Assembly: GCA_964518475.1 (NCBI GenBank)
Contig: CAZFGR010000032.1
Coordinates: 1-15,439 of the forward strand
Direction of reading: 5' to 3'
DNA from: an uncultured Nitrososphaerota archaeon
Lineage (GTDB): Archaea; Asgardarchaeota; Njordarchaeia; Njordarchaeales; Njordarchaeaceae
Length of the DNA stretch: 15,439 bases
This document shows positions 9,168 through 15,439 of this stretch, one piece after another. Numbering within the stretch: the first letter of the stretch is position 1; each line of letters begins with the position of its first letter. Position numbers and translations under genes: made by a program. Under the pieces are notes generated by a model. The model ran no database searches, was not told the DNA's origin, and was given only the letters and a program-made list of their open reading frames with translations.

Positions 9168-9638
9168 TTACCTACGACCTATGGCGTATTTTTCAACGAA
9201 ATCTGAAAAAGTTAATTCCTCTATTGCTCTAGGAGGCAAATCAACTCGTTTCCTACTATAGAACAAGTACTCGAATAACCATCGATAATAACCTAAGAAT
9301 TTTCTAGCAAGCTCCCCTTTTTGTCCCCCACCCTTGTTTTTTATTTCAAGAAGAGTCTTTACTAAGGAATTAGCAGCCGCATCATTAATCTCGTTCCTAG
9401 AGTTCTGCCTAAGAATATGAATAATTGTTAATGTAATCGCCGCATCAGCATCGCTTTCACTAGAGAATACCTCAAGAATACTCATTACCGTAGCCCTATC
9501 AACATAAGGCATGCGAGTACGGGAATACAACGCCGCTTTCAATGCTCTATTTATTAACTCATCAGTGCTAAAAAGCTGAGTTGCCATACTAACCCTCTCA
9601 TCAGAATAGAAATTTACATCATCATTATACAATATCAT
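9168..9638 (-). CDS. csm2: Csm2/Cas11-like alpha-helical small subunit
   Basis: Small, predicted helical protein at the head of the operon, with ILRQ..R and ARKFLGYYRWLFE segments typical of archaeal type III small subunits. Probable start is ATG at 9587 (MATQLF, 139 aa) after GAGGG. Confidence 0.7.
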   Translation of the reverse strand: MILYNDDVNFYSDERVSMATQLFSTDELINRALKAALYSRTRMPYVDRATVMSILEVFSSESDADAAITLTIIHILRQNSRNEINDAAANSLVKTLLEIKNKGGGQKGELARKFLGYYRWLFEYLFYSRKRVDLPPRAIEELTFSDFVEKYAIGRR

Positions 9639-9863
9639 TTTTTAAAAAAATTACGTCTAACTTCTTAAACTTCGACTAGGAGAACGAACTAAAAATTATC
9701 ATTAGTATTAATCAGCAAAAGATAAATAACTAATAATTCATAATTCTATAAACCCATCAGACAGACAAGTCAGTACTCTTGGGATTCTATATGTTTTCCT
9801 CTACATCGCATTTTCTCCTAAATACTTACATACAACCGAAAATTTCAACTATCGGGAGTTCTT
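9639..9863. promoter_or_regulatory. Divergent promoter region for the cas operon (-) and the accessory gene (+)
   Basis: AT-rich gap between divergent genes. Contains a T-run/A-run element at ~9637-9650 and other TATA-like words; the exact boxes cannot be assigned. Confidence 0.45.
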
Positions 9864-11542
9864 ATGTACGAACAAAATAAAATAAGTGAAATCATAAAGG
9901 AGGTAATAAATAAATTTATTGAGCAGGTATCAGAGGATCCAGAAGGCGTAATAAAAAAATGTTGGAAGAAGATTGGGTAGGATTCTGTGCTGTGTCTGGA
10001 GAGAATAAAAACTACTTATCAATGATCCCTACGATTATTAACACCCTTTTCAAGAATTCGAAAGTAGTAGATAAAGAAATACGTGATGCCTTAGTTGACG
10101 AAAAACTTAGATCATCTTCTGACGAAATTGATGAAACAATGGAGAAGATAAGAAACATAGAAGAAATGGTTCTTGCTTGCAAATTTTTTAATCTAAGTGA
10201 ATTAGCAAGCAATGCTCTAATGAAATTATGTCAGACTATTTGTAAAAAATTAGAAAGTGTCGCCCGATTAGTTTTCATGAAATATAGAAAAAATGAAGAG
10301 GATATTAATCCTTACGAGCATTTTCGAGCATTAATATTGTCACGATTCGAAATTATACAAAAAGTTTTAGAACTTCTAGATGAAAAAGAGCTAGACAAGA
10401 TAGAGTACTACATTAGGCTTTATAGAAGATATCTGTATTTAGCAAGGAGCATGGCATATAATATAATTATGCATCACAATGAGATGCCAACTAATAGGGT
10501 ATTTCCAATATTTAAACTATATCCAAGTTGGCTAGAGGACATTCTCGATGGTTCGGACAATTCTACAGAAGGTATTTCTACAGATTCAGAAGATCGTCTT
10601 AAAATTTTGTATTTCATAGAGCATTATCTACCTAAGAATCTCCTCGAATTAATTACGGAGATAGTTCCAGTAGAAAGTTTAGAAAATAAATTAATATTAA
10701 TAGAATATACCTTGCAAGAGATGAAATGTAAGTTAAGCAATTCTATTAATAAATTGAGCGAATTCATAATTGGAAAGATCACTTTAAACGAAATCAATAC
10801 TAAAATTAAAGACTATTTATTGTTATTTCTAGAAGAAGAGAAGCTACTAAGAATAAAGAATAGGTTGATAAAAACTATAGCAGAAGCTATTATAGTTGGG
10901 ATAGTGCTTACTTTTGTAAAATTATTTAAGGAGATAGATGCGAAAAATAAGGTAAAATATCCAGTAAGATACTTAGAAAATTTCTTGCGTAAAATAATTA
11001 TCGATAAACACTTAGTTGAAATCCTTTATAACTATATGTTAGAACGACAAGGTTGTGCAGTTGCATATAACAGTTATCTAGGCCTGCTAGAAATAGATGA
11101 CAATAATAACTTTCAACTAAATCTTAAAGAAATAAATGAGATCGACTTAGTTGTATTCCGACCCGAAAAAATCGTTGAGATAATTGAGTTATCTAAAAGC
11201 AGAGATGTTCACAATTATGTAAAGGAGAAATTAAATAGATTAGGAGATATATATTCCTTTGTCTGGAAAATCCTAATGATGTGTGATCAAGTTTCACGAA
11301 TGCCATTTTCAGATTTTCTGATAAGCTTTAAAATAACTAATGGAAAGCACTCTGAATCAGATCTAAATTTAGTTAGAGAAGAATTAACATATAGGATACA
11401 TGGATCTAAAGAAGAATTAGCCATACCTGTATTGATACGAGCACAGCATAGAGTTATAAATTTTAGAAAGACCGCAATAGAAAAAGACATTTCAATAACT
11501 GATCTCTCCAATCTTTTTAATCAAGTTAATGTAAAGGAATAG
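9864..11542 (+). CDS. Uncharacterised CRISPR-associated protein: helical N-terminal region with degenerate HEPN-like motif, C-terminal PD-(D/E)XK-like nuclease domain; apparent -1 frameshift at A7 (9953-9959)
   Basis: Main ORF is 9959..11542 (527 aa). An upstream ATG at 9864 with a GGGAG SD reads MYEQNKISEIIKEVINKFIEQVSEDPEGVIKK up to the A7 run. Motifs: KHLVEILYNYML..AVAYN..NEIDLVVF..IIELSK (nuclease-like) and KLESVAR...YNIIMHH (HEPN-like). Confidence 0.6.
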
Positions 11543-11653
11543 AAACATTTCTTACTGAGAGAGAAATCAAACCATTTTGAGAAAAATGGATTTCCATACT
11601 AAAAAACTCATCTTATTGAAGCAAATAGCAAATAGACTTAGACATTACGAGTA

Positions 11654-12886
11654 TTATAATAAGACTGTTTCTTTTTCTCTTATTCGAGACTTCCAATAGA
11701 GTTGCAGTGATATTGTTGAGGGGCCTTGAGCTATTACCAATGGTTTATCGGCTTGTTCTAAAACACTATCAATGATTTTTTCTGCTATTATTGCATCTGT
11801 CGATGGTATTGGGTAGTAATTAACTTCTAATTCATTAACTGCTTTTATGCACATAATCTTTTTCCGCATCCATTCATCTAATAGTCTTGGCAGGAGAGAA
11901 TTTGGTGTATACAGTACATGGAACTTTTTAACATTTAGTAACTCGCTTAGAAGAAGTAATTGTGCAGTACTCCATTGGCCAGTCGCTATTGTTACGATTT
12001 CTTCACAAGCACTAAACTCTTTATTTCTTAGAGTATTAGCTATTAGCCAGAGCCTTCCGATAAGAGACTCCACCCTGATCCCAAGTAACTCTTTTATATT
12101 TTTAGTGACCTCCTCGATCCACTCTACGAAGAAGTCCCTATATTGAGGCACTAAACGTTGCCTAAGGAAATTTTCTAGAGAGGTCTTCTCTTCCTTAGGG
12201 GCGGGAATATGTACTGCTAGATGTCTCAGTTCTGCTTCGAGAGGCTCCATTAACTTGTTTAGTCGCTCCCTATACCAAGAATACGTATCAAATACCACTA
12301 ATTTAGCCATTTCCTCTAGTTTCTCCTCCACACTTAGCGCAGTTTCACTTTGTTGCTTGAAAAGAAGATACATCAACAATACAATGTTTTGAAAGAATAT
12401 TTGTCTTAGCTCCAATCCTCTCCTAGTAGCTGCTGTCAATAGAGACAGTAAAGTTAGCGTCGCTGACAACTCTATGAAATCCTGAGATAACTTTCCTTCA
12501 GCGTCTTCTATACTAATCTCCACCATAGCTTTTTCTGGAATAGATGTGAGTAGCAGGGGAGTCTTTAATTTCCTATGAATCGCTCCTAAGACTCTCGGAT
12601 CGGTATGTTCTTCTTCGGTTACCTTTGTACTGAGAATAAATGTGTAATTTGTTATTGGTGAGCTTGAGATTAGATGTAGGAGTTGAATGGCGCGAAGTTG
12701 ACCCATAGATGAGTTCTCCGTGTATATCATGAACTCTGATGCCAAAGTAATTAAGTCCGCTATGATTTCTGGTAACTGACCCCTCTTACCCGATATAAAT
12801 AGTATCTTAGGCAGTTCTGGGATAAAATGTCCAGCAAAGATTTTCCAGTTAGATACGTTTACTTTTATGTCCCATTTAATCGTCAT
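11654..12886 (-). CDS. Uncharacterised protein with C-terminal CARF-like domain
   Basis: Long ORF; the ORF track starts it at 12901, but the likely start is ATG at 12886 after GTGGGG, overlapping the upstream stop. The last ~115 aa, IVTIATGQWSTAQLLLL..KKFHVLYTPNS..VNYYPI..D..PLVIAQGPSTISLQLY, follow the CARF beta/alpha pattern. Confidence 0.65.
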   Translation of the reverse strand: MTIKWDIKVNVSNWKIFAGHFIPELPKILFISGKRGQLPEIIADLITLASEFMIYTENSSMGQLRAIQLLHLISSSPITNYTFILSTKVTEEEHTDPRVLGAIHRKLKTPLLLTSIPEKAMVEISIEDAEGKLSQDFIELSATLTLLSLLTAATRRGLELRQIFFQNIVLLMYLLFKQQSETALSVEEKLEEMAKLVVFDTYSWYRERLNKLMEPLEAELRHLAVHIPAPKEEKTSLENFLRQRLVPQYRDFFVEWIEEVTKNIKELLGIRVESLIGRLWLIANTLRNKEFSACEEIVTIATGQWSTAQLLLLSELLNVKKFHVLYTPNSLLPRLLDEWMRKKIMCIKAVNELEVNYYPIPSTDAIIAEKIIDSVLEQADKPLVIAQGPSTISLQLYWKSRIREKETVLL

Positions 12887-13979
12887 TATCAAACCCCACA
12901 ATAGACACTTTCAATGCTAAGATTTTCCAGAATTCCTTGTCATAGTTTTTCAGATCCCTAAGGTACCTCCCTTTGGCCTCTATCCTTCGCTTACTTTGCG
13001 TGCTTTTTACGTATATGTAGAAAGTTTCTGGAATTACGAGTATCCTAAATTCTTTCTCTAGAAGCGTAGCTAGAAGCTCCTTGTTCCAATCCTGCATAAG
13101 AATGAATATTATTTCACTCTTTTCATTTTTCGAGATACTCCCTATGAGATCATTAAAGTCTCTTTGGTATACATTAATACTAGTTGGCAACTGCTCTCTA
13201 AGACTGCACTCAAGATCGGAGATCTCGCGAGGGAATCTCTGCCTTAGATCCCTGTTCGTAACTAATATAACATCCCTTAACATCGTTTTAGAAATGCTCA
13301 AGAGTTTACTATACAACAGACCTATACTCTGAGCTATAGCCTCTACTCTATAACCTCCCAAGCCAAGCTGAGGAAGAATAGCCCACACCTTCGCAGTAGC
13401 AAGAACCTTCTTTAGGAGAGACTCCCTCTGCTGAATTAAGTTCTCAATCAAATCTTTATACTTATTCCAGCCCTCTTCCATAAATTTAATGAATAATTCG
13501 AGAAAATCTAGCGAATCACCTAATTCGCAACCCTTGCCAACTCTTATAAAATCCTCTCTCAGGGAATTCCTATATTCTTTCGCAATGAATAATAGTGAAT
13601 AGAAGAAAAGATTCATCATTTCAGGGAAAAACTCGTAAAGTTGTTCAACATTTCCACGAAACTTTTTCGTTGATGCCTCTCTAAAACGATATATTCTCAG
13701 ACGCCTAGAAAGAGAATTTAGCCTGTTCTCATCCCCCCACCATACAGTCAGAGGAGTATTAACGCTTACAAGCTGCCTTATCGGAACCTTAGACCACTCC
13801 TCCCTATAGACATCCTTACTAGGTTTTTCCAACAGGAATATGCCCCCAATAGGATCATCCATAATTAGCAATCCATCAGCCTCAAATATAGCATCCGTGA
13901 ACAAATAAGCAAGATCAACATCAAACACATTAAGCGAGAACTCTATCTTCCTAAATCTAGGATCATAAGGAAACCCCAT
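12876..13979 (-). CDS. Uncharacterised protein with probable degenerate CARF/Rossmann-like C-terminal domain
   Basis: 367-aa ORF with a strong GGTGGTGA SD. The segment VWAILPQLG..helix..RDVILVTNRD..EIIFILMQDWNKELLATLL..RILVIPE has the CARF-like strand/helix order. The ORF is secure; the domain call is weak. Confidence 0.55.
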   Translation of the reverse strand: MGFPYDPRFRKIEFSLNVFDVDLAYLFTDAIFEADGLLIMDDPIGGIFLLEKPSKDVYREEWSKVPIRQLVSVNTPLTVWWGDENRLNSLSRRLRIYRFREASTKKFRGNVEQLYEFFPEMMNLFFYSLLFIAKEYRNSLREDFIRVGKGCELGDSLDFLELFIKFMEEGWNKYKDLIENLIQQRESLLKKVLATAKVWAILPQLGLGGYRVEAIAQSIGLLYSKLLSISKTMLRDVILVTNRDLRQRFPREISDLECSLREQLPTSINVYQRDFNDLIGSISKNEKSEIIFILMQDWNKELLATLLEKEFRILVIPETFYIYVKSTQSKRRIEAKGRYLRDLKNYDKEFWKILALKVSIVGFDNDD

Positions 13980-14212
13980 TAACCAGTCACCACCCCCAAT
14001 ACCAGTAAAACAATAAGAAAGAACAAAATTAAATAATTAATCGAGAAAAAAGACCTAAAAATAACACAAAATTATTAAATATTTTTTAACCATTGTCCCA
14101 ATTATATAAACTTTTTGAACATAATTTTAGACTTCTCCTCGTAGTTTTTCTTTTTGGCTTTTTTTCACGCATCACAGGATCCATAAGACCTAAATCTTAT
14201 AATTATTCACTA

Positions 14213-14259
14213 GGCACCAGAGGAATTCCCTAGATCCCCCAGAAAAGATAGTAAGAAAG
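14213..14259 (+). repeat. Highly decayed CRISPR repeat relic, inverted relative to the other repeats
   Basis: CTAGATCCCCCAGAAAAGATAGTAAGAAAG (14230-14259) compared with the repeat's CTAGACTCCCAGACAAGGGAATTGAAAG. It sits at nearly the same distance from the L2 stop (47 nt) as the 15324 repeat does from the R2 stop (52 nt). Confidence 0.4.
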
Positions 14260-14287
14260 AACGTCGCCACTCACCAAAACGTCATTG

Positions 14288-14306
14288 AGGGAAAGAAGAA
14301 AAGAGA
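14288..14306 (-). terminator. Pyrimidine/T-rich archaeal terminator-like tract after L2
   Basis: The minus strand reads TCTCTTTTCTTCTTTCCCT directly after the stop codon. Confidence 0.4.
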
Positions 14307-14483
14307 CTAGGCGTCTTCGTGAGGGAATACATTAACGATCAAGTATGCGTAAAAACTCACTATTGCTGCAGCAATTATTAGACCAAGAACTATCAATTTA
14401 TACGGAGTCATCGTCCATAGTATTGTTCCTAGGATAATACCGTAAATACCAAATATTATGGCCAATTTATCAAGCTTATCCAT
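14307..14483 (-). CDS. Small two-TM membrane protein L2 (58 aa), not in the ORF track
   Basis: MDKLDKLAIIFGIYGIILGTILWTMTPYKLIVLGLIIAAAIVSFYAYLIVNVFPHEDA. GGTGA SD overlaps the upstream TGA. Aligns without gaps to R2 (P..I..GLI..A.I......L...V). Confidence 0.75.
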   Translation of the reverse strand: MDKLDKLAIIFGIYGIILGTILWTMTPYKLIVLGLIIAAAIVSFYAYLIVNVFPHEDA

Positions 14484-14490
14484 TAGAAGA

Positions 14491-14692
14491 TCACCGTCTC
14501 TTCAACTCTCCTTTAAACATCATATATAAAAATATGATTGCTACCATTAATAAACCTCCCGCAATTCCAAAAAAATGGAAGTGCTAAGATCGCATTCAAT
14601 ACTCTATCTATTCCGAAAGTGACAGAGATTGCAACAGCAAGAATTGTTCCTCCCAAAATTATTGCCAGAGCAGTATTAACATAGTCGATCAT
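14491..14692 (-). pseudogene. Small two-TM membrane protein L1 (66 aa when corrected), frameshifted at a T7 run
   Basis: Removing one base from the A7 at 14569-14575 gives MIDYVNTALAIILGGTILAVAISVTFGIDRVLNAILALPFFGIAGGLLMVAIIFLYMMFKGELKRR*. This aligns with R1 on both sides of the shift and ends at the TGA embedded in the SD of L2. TATA-like TTATATAAA at ~14729-14737. Confidence 0.7.
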
Positions 14693-14811
14693 TTCTAACC
14701 TTCTGTCTGTTAAAGTTTCATATAATAGTTTATATAATGAAGTCAACCAGCACAAAAATGGCTCCATAAGATACCTGATCCCAAATACTATTAACGAGAG
14801 AGAATACCATT

Positions 14812-14923
14812 CCTTCAATTCCCTCGTTTTGGAGTCTAGTTCTGGCTCGTATTCGTTGGGGACTATACTTCAAAAAGTGATGAGATCTTTCAATTCTCTT
14901 GTCTGGGAGTCTATTATTGATTC
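14812..14923 (-). CRISPR. Degenerate repeat-spacer-repeat unit (trailer end of array 2, or a mini-array)
   Basis: Repeat 14812-14848 has 4 mismatches to repeat 1-37. The spacer at 14849-14886 is 38 nt. Repeat 14887-14923 has 6 mismatches, 5 of them in its last 10 nt. Confidence 0.85.
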
Positions 14924-15097
14924 CTCGCTATTATTCTAGGCTTCTCGCTTATATTGGCTACTCTGTCATTAGCGATTCCAAGTTTTGATTCTGTTGTGCA
15001 AGGTATTCTTGCATTACCGTTTTTAGGTCTGGGAATTGCTTTAATACTAACCGTTGCATTATTTATATATTGGGTAATAAAAGAAAGGTTAGGGTGA
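14921..15097 (+). pseudogene. Small two-TM membrane protein R1, paralog of L1, lacking its start (5' end abuts the repeat)
   Basis: FLAIILGFSLILATLSLAIPSFDSVVQGILALPFLGLGIALILTVALFIYWVIKERLG*; about 23 identities over 57 aa to corrected L1 by hand alignment. In-frame TGA at 14918-14920 and no ATG. Confidence 0.7.
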
Positions 15098-15103
15098 GAT
15101 GGT

Positions 15104-15271
15104 ATGAGTAAATGGTTAGTAGCGTTTGTCATTATTTTCATAATCGCTTTAGTATACGGCATACAAACATTACCGATCAACATCATATTAACTGGCCTGA
15201 TTTTGTTAGCAATAATTAATGCAATTGCAGTAATCTTAGTGGAGAAAGTAGGAATGAGAGACGAATACTAG
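15104..15271 (+). CDS. Small two-TM membrane protein R2 (55 aa), not in the ORF track
   Basis: MSKWLVAFVIIFIIALVYGIQTLPINIILTGLILLAIINAIAVILVEKVGMRDEY. GGTGA SD at 15093-15097 overlaps the R1 stop. Confidence 0.75.
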   Translation: MSKWLVAFVIIFIIALVYGIQTLPINIILTGLILLAIINAIAVILVEKVGMRDEY

Positions 15272-15291
15272 CTTTTTTCTCTTCTTTTTCT
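15272..15291 (+). terminator. T-rich archaeal terminator-like tract after R2
   Basis: CTTTTTTCTCTTCTTTTTCT immediately after the stop codon. Confidence 0.5.
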
Positions 15292-15323
15292 CGGTGATTA
15301 TTTATGAGTGAAAATGATATTCT

Positions 15324-15438
15324 CTTTCAATTCCCTTGTCTGGGAGACTCCTATTGGCTCGTCCGTGATTACGAAGTACATCTCGCCAGCTTCTAACTCG
15401 TCTTTCAATTCCCTTGTCTGGGAGACTCCTATTGGCTC
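15324..15438 (-). CRISPR. CRISPR array 2 (continues beyond the right edge)
   Basis: Two identical 37-nt repeats CTTTCAATTCCCTTGTCTGGGAGACTCCTATTGGCTC (15324-15360 and 15402-15438) with a 41-nt spacer at 15361-15401. Confidence 0.93.
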
Positions 15439-15439
15439 G

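Noticed and set aside
10012-13332. ORFs 10012..10212(-), 11287..11511(-), 11847..12146(+), 13081..13332(+)
   Set aside because: Short antisense shadows inside longer ORFs.
14110-14119. 10-nt match (ACTTTTTGAA) between the 14849-14886 crRNA spacer and the region beside a TATA-like box upstream of the CARF-like pair
   Set aside because: It does not extend in either direction, and an AT-rich 10-mer match is expected by chance in 15 kb.
14180-14771. Direct repeat TCCATAAGA at 14180-14188 and 14763-14771 bracketing the L cassette (possible target-site duplication), and TGGCTC at 14759-14764 as a possible repeat end
   Set aside because: Only 9 nt and 6 nt long, with no terminal inverted repeats, transposase or further repeat similarity.
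14513-14818. 101-aa minus-strand ORF as given in the track
   Set aside because: It starts inside a CRISPR repeat, and its tail (WNCGRF...) is the wrong frame after the T7 run. Only the middle is real; reinterpreted as L1 (14491-14692).
14914-15186. 90-aa minus-strand ORF
   Set aside because: Antisense to R1/R2, which have SD, paralogy and terminator support.
1-15439. Adaptation genes (cas1/cas2/cas4), tRNA/rRNA, transposases
   Set aside because: No recognisable motifs for any of these in the window.

Overview
AT-rich archaeal DNA (GGTGA/GAGGTG-type SD motifs, TATA-like boxes, frequent TTG/GTG starts, K/E/I-rich proteins). It holds a complete type III CRISPR-Cas interference locus between two CRISPR arrays. 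On the minus strand (9638->333) the operon reads: Csm2/Cas11-like small subunit, three Cas7/Csm3-family RAMPs, a ~100-aa Csx19-like protein, Cas10 (HD motif plus intact GGDD), Cas7, Cas5-group RAMP (Csx10/Csm4-like), Cas7, and a divergent Cas6. It is followed by an AT-rich leader and the first 37-nt repeat of an array that runs off the left edge. Gene content and order fit an archaeal III-D-like system. No cas1/cas2/cas4 genes and no canonical Csx1/Csm6 are in the window. The accessory region is the unusual part. (i) A divergently transcribed 527-aa ORF (probably ~559 aa across an A7 frameshift) has a degenerate HEPN-like segment and a C-terminal PD-(D/E)XK-like motif. (ii) A coupled pair of unknown genes (367 and ~410 aa) each appear to end in a degenerate CARF-like domain, suggesting a heterodimeric cyclic-oligoadenylate sensor. 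(iii) At the trailer end of a second array there are two inverted, paralogous two-gene cassettes of tiny two-TM membrane proteins that the ORF track misses or mis-calls. One lies between CRISPR repeats as a 400-bp interval, antisense to the pre-crRNA. The other ends in a decayed repeat relic. All family calls are by-eye motif recognition, not database searches.
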